Shown piece after piece: positions 16,515-30,264 of a DNA stretch of 64,000 nt (position 1 is the first letter of the stretch; every line of letters begins with the position of its first letter). The notes under the pieces were generated by a model. It saw only the letters and a program-made list of their open reading frames with translations, made no database searches and was not told the origin of the DNA. The stretch is from assembly GCF_009914755.1 (NCBI RefSeq), contig NC_060927.1. One strand, written 5' to 3'. The position numbers and the translations under genes were made by a program. The DNA is from the human T2T-CHM13v2.0 reference genome, Homo sapiens.

Positions 16515-16985
16515 TAGTCCTCAAAGTGTGGTCTGGAGAAGCTTGGGAATCAATGAGGTCAAAATTATTTTTATGATAAAGCTAATATGTTATTTGATTT
16601 TTTTGCTTTCATTTTCTCACATGCTTACAGTGGAATTTTCCAGAGACTACATGGTGCATGATATCGCAACAGACTGACTGCAGAAGCAGGTGTGAGAGTG
16701 TGTCTTCTAGTAAGCAAGATATGAAACAAACTTGCAAAAATGTGAAACAATGTCACTTTTCCCACTAGACTGTTTGTGTTTTGGAAAATATTTTTTGTAA
16801 AAAATATTATTTATGATAACATGTAGTGAGTTTTATTCTTTTTAAATGAATCTTTAACAATGTTTTCAGTTTAATTTCCAATACGGTAAATATTGATAGA
16901 TATAACCCACATAAACAAAAGCCCTTTTAGGTTCTCAATAATTATTAAAAGTGTAGAGGGGTCCTGAGAACACCAAGTCTGAGAC
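16515..16985. mobile_element. hAT Charlie1-type DNA transposon remnant
   Basis: Begins tcctcaaagtgtggtc, has an internal gcagaagcag...gcaaaaatgtgaaacaatgtcact block and ends ggggtcctgaga. Confidence 0.7.
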
Positions 16986-18340
16986 AAGCCGAGTTAGATG
17001 CTGTCTGAAGTCCTTCTAGCTCCTCTAGCCCACTAGTCCACTCTGTTGCTCAGGTGCCAGGTGCACCTGCTGGGTCTGCCCTCTTCAGCAGCCCCATTTC
17101 ACCCCAACCTTGTTGAGTATATCTGACACACTGATCCTTCCGAAGAATAATCATGCCACTTTAATTTGCATCCACTTTACTGTTCTCAAAAACTTTTCAT
17201 ACCCTTGATCTCATTTAATCCTGCAAGGTAGGTAATAAGCATCTGGTAAGAAACTTTGAAAATGAGACTGGATTTCTAATTCTAATGCACATAATCCAGG
17301 GATTTGCTCATCTATATTGTTAGATCTGCCTGAAAATAAAAGGTAAGTGAGAAATGGTCATGGTGTATGTAGCAATCTGGATAATGGAATGGAGTAGGTG
17401 TTCTAATCACCCCCTCTTCTGGGTTTCTTGTAATCAAGCAAGAGAGGGAGATTTATAAATGGATGGACATAAGGAGCCTACTTGAGTAGACCTTTTTGCC
17501 CCCACTTCACAGGATGGCAGCTCTACTGATGTCTCCCAGTTTTCTCTCATAGACCCAGACCTGCAAGAACTCGAGGGAAAGGAAGATCTTGAAAGCCTCT
17601 CATTCACTGGGTGCTTCCAGCTCCAAGTGTGTGGTAATGGTTTCAGAGGGATTTGGAGAGAAACAGAATAGTCGAACTTACCTCATCAAACGACTCCAGT
17701 TTTTATTGTCCCCCCATAAAGATAGTCTAAACCTGCTCCCCTGCTTGTGAACTCAGAGTCCTGTTGGGGGACTCAGAAGGTTGTACATATATATGTGTGA
17801 ATAGTTTTCAAATGTTTCACACATGTATGTATAAATAATTTTAAATGTTTGTGTATATTGTCATGATTAATAAAAAGCCCATTCATTTAAAAGCATCACG
17901 TTATAGCTTTCCCTCATTATACTCACACTAAAAATATTACTATCAAGCAGGATGAAATTTTCATCCAAAGGAGTCCTCATTTTTGAAAAGGTTAAGACTC
18001 ATTGGTCTAAGCTGTAGTCTGGAGCTCTATTGACAAAGGTGTAACATTTTGAGCTAAAGCCAAGTTTCACACCAACAATTTCCTCTCCTTATTTTAATTG
18101 TATATGGTACCAGGGTAGTGTTTGCCTTTGACTCTTTATGGAAAATGTGATGACAAGCAGCAAATGTTACAGCTACATACACCGACACCTGCAGTTCTTG
18201 AGGGAGCGGTCCCAAGACGTTTGTGAAGTTGAAAGTACTTAAACCAGCTCCTCGCTTCCTTTTGAGCTCTTTCTCTATTGAGGGTTGTTATTTCCTGAGT
18301 ATGCACTTATACCTCAAATTATACTTCTTTTCAGAATTCA

Positions 18341-18659
<319 letters not shown>

Positions 18660-18802
18660 TCACTCGATGGTCTTTTTTTTTTTTTTTTTTTTTTTTCAGG
18701 AAAAAGCACAAAATTCTTACCGCTTCTCAGATTTCCCCCACCTGGCATGACAATAAAAGACCCACAAAACTTAGTCGATACGTTCCAAAGTAGCCAACTG
18801 AG

Positions 18803-19265
18803 TAGTGTTGCCAGATTTAGCAAATAAAAATACAGAATGCATAGTTAAATGTGAACTTCAGATAAACATCCCTTGGTATCCGTGGGGGATTGGTTTCATG
18901 AACCCCTGAGAATACCAAAATCTGAGAATGCTCAGGTCCCTTGTATAAAATAGCATAATATTTGCATATAGCCTGCACACACCTCCCATATACTTTAAAT
19001 CATCTCCAGATTACTTATAACTAATAAAATGTAAATGCTATGTATTTGTCATACTATATTGTTTTTTAAAAAGTTGTGTTTTTTAAGAAATGTATTCAAT
19101 CCACAGTTGGTTAAACCCACAGATGAGGAACCCATGGATATGGTGGGCCAATTGTACAGTAACATCCCATGCAATATTTGGAAAATACTTACACTAAAAA
19201 CTTATTTGTTGTTTATCTGAAATTCAAATTTAAGTGGGCATTCTGTGTTTTATCTGGCAACCCTA
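18803..19265. mobile_element. MER53 (hAT MITE) interrupted by MER2 (Tigger) at about 18869-19156
   Basis: Inverted ends gttgccagatttagcaaataaaaatacag and gttttatctggcaacccta enclose the MER2 sequence tcccttggtatccgtgggggattgg...cccatggatatgg. Confidence 0.8.
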
Positions 19266-21200
19266 AAATTGACTTGTTCCAGTATGGGAGACTTTCTGCT
19301 TGAGGATTTAAAATTTACACCTTAACGGAGGTGGCCATTTTTACCTGTCATGAGCCTTCATGGGTCCCTGAAAACAGTAACCCTGCTGAATTTTGTATCT
19401 GTGAATGCCAAGAAAGTATTTTATTGGCCACTCAATTATTGTTTTCTAACCCTAAGAAGTTATAATTAAGAAAAACTCATCTAGGAGCTTTATAAAAGCC
19501 TCCTTTAATTGAAAAAAAATATATAAAATATACATAGTATATATATAAAATGTATGTAATATTTATATATTTCTTTTGTAAGAACAATTATAACAATTAC
19601 ATTATATGTTTTATATATATATATGTATTTTGTTTTACATCTCCCTTGTTCTAAAAAAAAAGGAATCTAAGGTGTCTCATAAAATACATATACACAACAT
19701 ATCTAGAAAAAAAGTGAATGAAAGACGTAAATAGGAAATCTGGCCGGAAAAATCAGATGAAGCCAGGAATGAAGTTAGGATACAAAATAGACATCCGCAG
19801 GGCTTGGACAGCTGATGTGTAGGGGGGTGGCACAGAGTCAGCTCTGGGCTTTTGCACAGCTGATGTAAACAGGGCCTCTGCAGTGGCACATTTCACAGTG
19901 TCCATAAAATAAAGCAAGCCGCTTGGTAAGGAGTCATTCAGCTCTTCCTGGTTTTGATCTGAGAAAATTCTCTTGACACAGTTAATCTAGTGACTAATGC
20001 TCTTTGTAAGAGTTTTTTCGTACAGTGCAACAACTATTTTCTAGGATCTCAATGTTTGCCAGTGGCAAAATGCACCAATGCAGTTCAGAAGCAGTCATTC
20101 TTTAGATGTCAAAAGAGTGAAATCTAGTTATACAGTTCTCTGATGACTTACTAAATAAATAATAGTAATAAGGATGATGATGGCAAAAATAATAATCATC
20201 ATAATAAATGCCTGCTAGGCATTGAGCATCTGCTCTGTGCTAGGCAATTACATTTAACCTGTACAAAATCCTGAAAAATAATCATTACCTCTTTCTCTCT
20301 CTTTTTTTAACAAGTGAAGAAATTGAGGCTAAAAATTATAGACCAGAGTCACAAAACCGGTACATGGCAGAGCTGTGATTTTAACACAGGCTTGTCTGAT
20401 TATTAAAGCCTGGCTCTTTCAGAGAATGAGAAAGGGTTTACATCTTTTGTGGGGTTCAAAACTAACATTTAGTTCTTTTTCCAAATTATGAAAGTAATAC
20501 CGGTTTATTTAGAAAATAGAAAAAATGGGAAAAGAAAGAAGAAAAAAGATTACCCATACTTTCATTATCTGAAAGAAATAAAGGTCATTTCTAGGCCCTG
20601 GTAATGGGAAAAAGAAAGAGAGGACGCAGACCTTAACGACGAAGGACGAGAATGAGAAAGGCATTTTAAACTATAAGCCCAGTTGTGTTTTTTCTTTTCT
20701 CCCAACTAACTTGGTTGGTATATTAGGTTTAGAAAACCTGGACTCTTAGTTTTGCTTTGCTAAACACTGATTCTGGGACTTTCTGAAAGTCATTTTGCCA
20801 GGTCCCCTTGCCCACACCCCCAAGGCTCTTTTTTCCTTAAGTGGAAAATGAAAGATTGACGGGTACTATTTCTTGAAGAGTTGCCCTTGGGGGTGTTGAA
20901 AATGCTGATAACTTGTCCTAATCCAGGCCAACTGAATCAAAATCTCAGGGGCCAGGAATTGGGAATCTGCATTTCCCAAGATGCGGAGCCAACTGCTGCT
21001 CTCTAAAGATTGAGAACCAGAGAAGCACAGGGTTCCTGCTCAAACAGGCCTTGGGATCTGAAGGCTCCACATTCACCCTTAACGGCAGGAGGAGGAATAC
21101 TCCTACCAAGGCAGGCATTTTTACTTGGAAACAACCTTTCAGATTATTCGACCTCAGTCCTGGGCATGGCCTTCATCCTTGGCCTGTTGCTGTACTTCAC

Positions 21201-21358
21201 CTGTAGGCGCCCAGGTTGATGCAGCTTATTCCTAGGTTGTATCTGGACCGGATGAATCCTGGCTGAATCTCCAGTGCTCGCGTATAGGCCTCCACGGCTT
21301 CCTCGCTGCGGTCTCCGTTCGCCAAGGTCGCCCCGAGGCGGTTCCATAGTGAATAGTC
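21201..21358 (-). CDS. PEX5L: PEX5L coding exon (158 nt): [52 protein letters not shown]
   Basis: Acceptor tgtcatcag|GACTAT and donor CAG|gtgaag. LWN-x-LGATLANG and RYNLGISC are the PTS1-binding TPR motifs. The ORF track shows other frames here. Confidence 0.97.
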
Positions 21359-21798
21359 CTGATGACAAAATCAGAACTTTCTAACAACCCAGTACAAGGC
21401 ACAATGACAGAGCATTCCTGTATTTCTCTGCAGAGAAAGGAAGATGGCTAAAAATTTATGCAGTGCTCATGGATGGAGACCATGGCCAGGTGAATTACTA
21501 AAAAATCTTCACGGACAGTTTTGTCAAATGACTTTCACTCGTCAACGAACAGCTACCATTTGATGTTGTCATCAACAACATCAATTAGTGTTTCTATTTT
21601 AGGTATTTCAATATTAGTGTTTGTATTTCAGGTATTTCAATATTAACAGCCACAGTAGCACATTATTATTAGTACCCATCACTTTAAACCATTGGAGTCA
21701 GGGAAATAAAGTGCAGAAGAAATGTAGACGGTGTAGCCTGTGAAAACTTATTTGTTACAGAGAACGCTGTGGTTTCTTGCTGTGCTGTGCTGTCTTAC

Positions 21799-21964
21799 CT
21801 CTGGCCGAACAGTTAAGGCAGCGTTAAATGCATCTATTGCTCTATTAAATTCTCCACTCAGGTGGAACAGAACCCCTAGACCTGTCTGCAGGTCTGGGTC
21901 GATCATATCTCCATTTTGGTGGGCAGCTTCCAGATATAATTCCTTCACCCCTTCCAGAACAGAG
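21799..21964 (-). CDS. PEX5L: PEX5L coding exon (166 nt): SVLEGVKELYLEAAHQNGDMIDPDLQTGLGVLFHLSGEFNRAIDAFNAALTVRPE
   Basis: Acceptor tttctcttgtag|CTCT and donor GAG|gtaaga. It carries the typical PEX5 DPD-x-Q-x-GLGVLF TPR motif. Confidence 0.97.
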
Positions 21965-22322
21965 CTACAAGAGAAAAAAAAAATTAGATTTGTAATCCAA
22001 ATAGTCAGAACATAAATGATTTACTGTTAAATCCCTTGACTGTATTTCAAGAAGTCTCTTCGTTACAGACTGGAAAATTTTGCTTAAAATACCTTAACTC
22101 AATGAGAGGACTATTAATGCTGAATGTTTTAAAATATGGTTGAATTTCATGAACTATTTTGTTGTACACGGATACAGACTGTGCTAAGTAAGGTCTTCAC
22201 GAGGCGAGTTCTGTTGACTCTATGAGTGCCAATGTGGAAAACCCCACAGCTAAGTTTCCCAAGGCCTCAGTGAATAAGGATTTAACATAAGGATTTATTG
22301 CTGATAGAAAACAAAATTTCTA

Positions 22323-22683
<361 letters not shown>

Positions 22684-23002
22684 TCAGGCTGGATAAAACT
22701 TGGAGCATTGGTATTTATTATACTTCACCTTGGGTGAATTCTGTGTCCAAAGCATTTGACTTTAAAATGTGGCACTCAGATAAATGTCTGTGAGTGCCCA
22801 CAATGTAGATCATGTGCCCGAAGGTTGGCCCTGGTCTAAGCATTAATCTTTCTAACGAGTGATGCTCCTCCAGCAGAATACTGTCCTGCAAACCATTCTG
22901 GAGTGGGTGGTGTCTAGGGTGTGAGGCTCATTAGTTGCCCTTTAGGTGATTCATTGTATATATGGGTGTTTACTGCCAGCTGTAATATAACGAGAAGGAT
23001 AC

Positions 23003-23200
23003 CTATCAACTGGGGACTTAGACATCCGCCGGGTGAGGCCTGGAGATCCCTTCTTGCTTTTCACAAGGTATTTGTACTTTGGATTTTGCTTAATCCAATT
23101 CTTCAGAGCGTCACAGGCATCCTGCTGATGGCCAGTGTTAGTATAACTCACAGCCAAGGCCATCAAAGCTTTTAAGTTGTTGGGCTGTAATTCTAAGCAC
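23003..23200 (-). CDS. PEX5L: PEX5L coding exon (198 nt, phase 2/2): CLELQPNNLKALMALAVSYTN...KSPVD
   Basis: Acceptor T12cag|GTGC and donor GATAG|gtatcc. It lies inside ORF 22951..23223 and encodes a TPR plus hinge. Confidence 0.97.
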
Positions 23201-23533
23201 CTGAAAAAAAAAAAAGAAGCCAATTTCAGATTTTTTTTTGAGCCACAATCTAACAGTTCTTCAGAAAATGTGGGGGGTCTTTATTAACTAAATACTGCAA
23301 AAGCATTGGTAAGCTTGCTTATGTCAAGTTCCTGGAAAGCACCATATTTATCCACATAAAAATGGAGACCTCAGCATATTTTTAAGAAAGTTAAAACTTA
23401 CCCTAATGATTGCTAGGTTTGGTAATTTTAATAAGTAGCTTTAAAACTATGTGGCTTATCCCTGCACATGATTTATTAGTGCTTAATCTAATGAGATCTC
23501 ATGAGAAATAGGGGATATCATTATTTTAATGCT

Positions 23534-23853
<320 letters not shown>

Positions 23854-24024
23854 TAAATATCTATTATCCCCAAAGAGAACTGACTTGAATGTAGACATCT
23901 AGATATGAAAGATTTTACAGTCTTTTGCAAAGGAGAGGGAAATTCCTGTGTTTTCAGAACTACTGATGTGGGTTTACAGGAGACACAGGCTAAAGCTACT
24001 CCCCCTCATTCTATTCCACTGGCC

Positions 24025-24430
24025 TCTAGCAAGGGATTTTCAAACTGAAGTGCATGTGAATCATCTGGGGTGTCTTATAAAATCTTCATTCTCATCCAGT
24101 AGGTCTACTGGGGTGGGCCTGGGATTGTGCAGGTTTGACAAGTTCTCAGGTGATGATGAGGTCTCTGGATAAGACTCTGAGGAGCAAGCCCTAGGCAGGA
24201 CATAATACCACTCTGTGGTGGGCCTAATCTCCCAGATTATCAGCACTGGGTAGAGAGGTTCTTAATTCTGGATGCACATTACAAACACCTGGGAGTTTTA
24301 AAACTATTGCTGCTTGGTTCCCAGCCCTGATCAATTAAATGATCATCTCTGGGCTGTGCTTGGGCATTATTTTTCCCCTCCAAACGATTCTAATGTGCAT
24401 GTGTATACAGGGTTAAGAACCACTGACTCA
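24025..24430. mobile_element. Two adjacent MER5-type hAT MITEs (similar copies at about 20865-21020 and 56815-56990)
   Basis: Motifs gaatcatctggg, caagttctcaggtgatgatga and gattctaatgtgca...gggttaagaaccactg. Confidence 0.65.
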
Positions 24431-24747
24431 GAGCTCCAGATGTGGAGTTGGGAGATGAGGGTTCAAGTTCTGTCTCTGTTACATACTCTCTGTGTGACCT
24501 TGACCTTTCCTGATCCCCAATTCTCTCATCTGTAGGAAAAGGCTCTGAACGCAGGGCCACACCCCAGGCACCGTTACTTCATCAAATACCAACAGAATCT
24601 TGAAATCTAGGATTCCAAGATTGTAAAGCCCTAGAATTGCAAGAGTCTAGAATTCTTACAATCTGATATTCCAAAGCTATAGGATTTATACACATACATT
24701 ATGTATGTACATTCATATAAACACCATACATATAACATATGGAATGT

Positions 24748-24774
24748 ATGTGTGTGTGTGTGTGTGTGTGTGTG
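24748..24774. repeat. (TG)n microsatellite (others at about 42189-42214, 53770-53791, 60643-60660)
   Basis: Direct reading of the sequence. Confidence 0.95.
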
Positions 24775-25327
24775 CATATGTATACGCACACATATATATT
24801 CTCTTCCTATAGCACTATATTAAAGGCACTCAAAATAAAAGGTAGGGAAAGTGGAAGTCTATTTGGCAGAGGCTACTTTTCCAGGGTTTAAATAGGAGCT
24901 CTAGTCAAGTAGGGTGTAATATTACACACACCCACTGTTCCCATCCCTCCTGCTCCAACGTCATCCAGACCATTAGTCAGTACTCCACTTATTTTTTTTG
25001 AAGAATATTTTCAGATGTTTCAGAAGGCTAAAACGTTAAAAGGAACTATTTATTCAATGAGTCTACTTTATGACTGGGTTTAACACAGGCTTTCTCTGGT
25101 GCCAGTGAATGTCCATTGATTTGTAGATAGTAAGACATTGTTAGGAACATGACTTCATTCTAAGTTGTTTTTCAGAGCTAAGTGTGAGTGATATGCGGTA
25201 TCTCAGCACTTATCCTTTACAAATTCTTTACACTGTACTTCAGTAAAGATCAAAAGACAAATCTGAAACAGGAAGTTCATTAACAAGTATCCACCAGGCC
25301 CATGATTTTGCACTTAGCTTCCTTTAC

Positions 25328-25398
25328 CTCTGGAGGGCGACAATAGCTGCTTGTTCATTTTCATTCTCCGCCTGGGTTATCCCGAGGAACTGCCATGC
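25328..25398 (-). CDS. PEX5L: PEX5L coding exon (71 nt): AWQFLGITQAENENEQAAIVALQR
   Basis: Read manually because it is absent from the ORF track. Acceptor tctttcgtag|GCATGG and donor CAGAG|gtaaag. It encodes a TPR helix pair and keeps frame with both neighbours. Confidence 0.96.
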
Positions 25399-27027
25399 CT
25401 ACGAAAGACAACTGATGTTAACATTGCAAGATGAAGCAGAATTACTCATGTGCTTCAGTTGGTTTGTTGACCTGTGATGGATCCCCTATGCAGAGCAAGC
25501 TGTCTCATATGTGAGCGCTATATAAAAGGGAAAAATATTGTATGCATTTCTTCATTCAAACTCTCTTGTGACACCTGGCTCAAGATCCTCTGTCATTATT
25601 TCCAAATTCGTTCAGTATTTATCCTTTCCTATAACCCAGTGCGATGGAAACCTCTGAATTTCTGAGATTTCGTTATATTAGGTATCTTAAAACCAAAGGA
25701 TAAATATATAAAATTATACGATTGTGAGGAAAAGGGGTGGAAATATAACCCAGAAATGTAGCTAAATGAAATTTACAATAAGGAATCTCAAGATGTACAA
25801 TATTAACTTAGCTTGTATGAATGAAAGTCACTTACTAGAAGAATTCACAGGAGATTTAGGAACTAGGAAAAGCAAAACAAACAAAATCTCCCATGATGTG
25901 TTCATTCCTCTAAGGTAATCACTGTTAAAATGCACAAAACATATAACACAATCATAATGTAGACATAATTTTATAGTCTACATTTATACATTTCATCGTA
26001 CCTTAAGCCCTTTTTCATGTTTTTACAAAATCCTTGTAATTTTTAATTTGGATTTTGTTGAATGGCTATTCCATTATTTACTCAACAATTCCCTTATTGC
26101 TTTAAGTTGGTTGCAATTGTTTGCTATTGTAAATAATATGAAGAACATCTTCAAGCAGATAGCTTATGTTTTTATATCTAGAATTAAAGTTTTTAACACA
26201 GCAAATTTTTCTCTGTATACTCATAAGAACAATAACTCTCACACTGTTATAAGAGTAATACACACAAGCAGAAACCTCTCATTACACACATTGTCTTCAA
26301 ATTTGCTGGGGGTGGAGGTATATTAGGGTCTTAGGGTTTAAAAATGTTTGGGGAGTGTGTAACTCTCCTTCCCAAGGCTGGGAGAGTTACACACTCCCCA
26401 AAGACTCTTACACACTCCCCAAACATCATTTTAGATTATACCGTTTTAAAACAAAACTCTATGAAAGCACAGTTATCTTAAAGTGCCATTTGAATGGTTT
26501 TGGCTTTTCCTCTCATGGGTTATAATTACATATACCTTATAAACTCATAAAAATACTGATTATTCCTCCCTCCAAATATCCTTGATTCTTTTAAATCTCT
26601 TAAACATACAGACAGCAACCTCTATTTTGATTTCACCTTTCATATATCTTAGAATGCTTCTTAAGAAAAGATTGATGAAATAGTCTTTCTCTGGGGACGT
26701 TTTTCTAGCCTTTGGCCATGGTGTCATTTTCACTGTCTGCAGTGTTATTACTTTAACTTTGAGGTCTCCATAGGTTCAGAAGCCCTGGGTCCTTGTCTGG
26801 AATTTGTTAGTTACCACAGGCCCTCATTTTCTTATTTATGAATCTGAGATCGTAATATGTCCTTAAAAAAATCTTCCAGGGCTGTTGTGTCAAATAATGT
26901 AATATATTTGAAAACGCCTTGTAAAATACATAGCATTTATGTAAGATGACATTATTATTTTTAGGGGGTGGCCTATAGTTTCATATTAGTGTAATAATTT
27001 CCTCTTCTACAACGAGAATATATCTTT

Positions 27028-27645
<618 letters not shown>

Positions 27646-27794
27646 TATCTTTTAAAAATTCTAATATTTTGGTTCAGAATTTCAGCTTTCAGTTCAACCC
27701 CATTTCACTGTAAGCCTTTTGAACAAGATATTACAAGATTTAAGTAGTGATCAGTTTACTCATTCTTCCTACATAAAGTACAACCAATAATAAA

Positions 27795-28035
27795 AATGAA
27801 GGCTAAATATTGATGTGCCAGGCACTGAGCTGAGCACTTTATTTGTGTGCACTAATTTAATCCTTGCAACACCCAATGAGATAGTTACTATTAGGATTTC
27901 CATGTTACAGATGAGGAAACTGAAACTTAGAGGGTTTAACTGATTTGCCCCAGGTCCCATGGCTAACAGGTAGAACAGGGATCTGAACCTATGCAGTTGG
28001 GATAGCACAGCCTAGATGCTTAACCACTATTCTAC
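27795..28035 (-). mobile_element. MIR (other copies at about 730-930, 4520-4690, 20190-20420, 36385-36610, 39200-39395, 42915-43150, 49740-49920)
   Basis: MIR core acagatgaggaaactga, or its complement cagtttcctcatctgtaaaatgg. Confidence 0.8.
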
Positions 28036-28826
28036 ATTGCATTCTCAGCACCAGTATATATACCGGTCGCTACAATTTCTGCAGATTCCCTTGGGAATAT
28101 TCTTTATATGATGATTCCTGAAAATTACAAATGAAAGAAGAAACCATTATATTGACACTATCTTATGATAGGCCTTCACAGGTTTAGGAATCTAGGGGAT
28201 TAGGACTGCAGAAGCTTTTTGGTGGTCTCCCAGCCTCTGTCTCTAATCACTCTTCTCATCTCGGAGAAAGGGGTTTTTCTAACATGCAATCTGTTGGTAT
28301 GTCTCTCCTGAGTACAGGCCCCTAGTGGTTTCCCATGGCTTTCAGATGAATTTCAAATTCTTGCCTATCTCTTCTTGCCTTCCCTCTACCATTCTCTCCT
28401 CCCCTCTTCCTCTTAACAGGATGCTTCATGCCCCTCTGCCTACCCACATAGCGCTCTCTTGTAACAAAAACTTGACTCCCCTATTGCCTTTAATTCCTGC
28501 CCCCACCCTGGCTTCACTTGTGCAGAAAGGCTGGATGCTTTCTAGTCTCTCAGCATCCTGTGCACACTCTGACATTGCATTTATTACACTACATTGATGT
28601 TTTTACTTGTTTTCCCAGATAGACCATAAAGATGTTTTCCACCTGATATGTTTTCTCAGCTTTTAATAGTTTAAGCCAGGACCTGGTCTAATTTTTGGAA
28701 CATAGTATGTGTTCAATAAATGTGGCGTGAGTAAACCAAGGGTGATGTACAGTGTGACACAAGAGCCAGACATCACTATATACTGTCCCTTGAAAACTAC
28801 CGCTATATACTGTCCCTTGAAATCTA

Positions 28827-29115
<289 letters not shown>

Positions 29116-29385
29116 GAAAACTACTGATAAGCCTTCAGGTTGGTAATTTTGATTTTTCTTTTCCTGCCCCCAATCTTTATTTATAGGCACTGTAAACACT
29201 GCCAATTAGAAATTTGGTTAGAAAACGGGTACCTATTTGTAACTTTTAAACAAGTAGACTAAGCTAGGTTAACTCCTCTGGGAACCTTTACTTGATGAAA
29301 AGCTGACCCAGCAGAGTTCTGTGTTATCTGTCCCTTGTTAGCACATGCCCTTTCTGAGTCTGGCAGAATGAAGGGAGAATGACAC

Positions 29386-29529
29386 CTCTGCATCTCCAGG
29401 GTCCTGAAGAATTGCTGCTTCCATGAACAGGATGGTGACTGGCAGATCCCCTTCCTTCAGCCTTTTTAAGCCTTCTTCAAATGCTCCAGGCCAGTCCTTG
29501 AAGGGGTTTTCAGTGTGAAAGTAATATCC
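29386..29529 (-). CDS. PEX5L: PEX5L coding exon (144 nt, phase 0/0): GYYFHTENPFKDWPGAFEEGLKRLKEGDLPVTILFMEAAILQDPGDAE
   Basis: Acceptor tgttgcag|GGATAT and donor GAG|gtgtca. This is the PEX5-family entry into the first TPR and includes a WxxxF pentapeptide (WPGAF). Confidence 0.97.
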
Positions 29530-29600
29530 CTGCAACACAGAAAAAGGCCAGTGCATGAGCCATTGATTTCTCTTCTCATTCTCACATTCAATAAGTTCTC

Positions 29601-30264
29601 ATTAAAAAGTCAGGAAACAACAGATGCTGGAGAGAATGTGGAGAAACAGGAACACTTTTACACTGTTGGTGGGAGTGTAAATTAGTTCAGCCATTGTGGA
29701 AGACAGTGTGGTGATTCCTCAAGGATCTAGAACCAGAAATATCATTTGGCCCAGCAATCCCATTACTGAGTATATACCCAAAGGATCATTCTACTATAAA
29801 GACAAATGCACACATATGTTTACTGCAGCACTATTCACAATAGCAAAGACTTGGAACCAAACCAAATGCCCATCAATGATAGACTGGATAAAGAAAATGT
29901 GGCACATATACACCATGGAATACTATACAGCCATAAAAAGGATGAGTTCATGTCCTTTTCAGGGACATGGATGAAGCTGGAAACCATCATTCTCAGCAAA
30001 CTAACATAGGAACAGAAAACCAAACACCGCATGTTCTCACTCATAAGTGGGAGTTGAACAATGAGAACACGTGGACACAGGGAGGGGAACATCACACACT
30101 GGGGCCTGTTGAGGGGTCGGGGGCTAGGGGAGGGATAGCAACAGGAGAAATACTTAATGTAGATGATGGGTTGATGGCTGCAGCAAACCACCATGGCACG
30201 TGTATACCTATGTAACAAACTTGCATGTTCTGCACAGGTATCTCAGAACTTAAAGCATAATAAA
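29601..30264 (+). mobile_element. 5'-truncated L1PA 3' end (ORF2 C-terminus plus 3' UTR)
   Basis: ORF 29696..29974 gives FTAALFTIAKTWNQTKCPSMIDWIKKMWHIYTMEYY, the L1 ORF2 C-terminus. A G-rich 3' UTR and aataaa follow. Confidence 0.95.

Noticed and set aside
17676-17770. Consensus donor GAG|GTAAGT in the last intron suggesting a 79-nt cryptic exon
   Set aside because: The only nearby acceptor (gagtcccccaacag) is weak and has an intervening AG.
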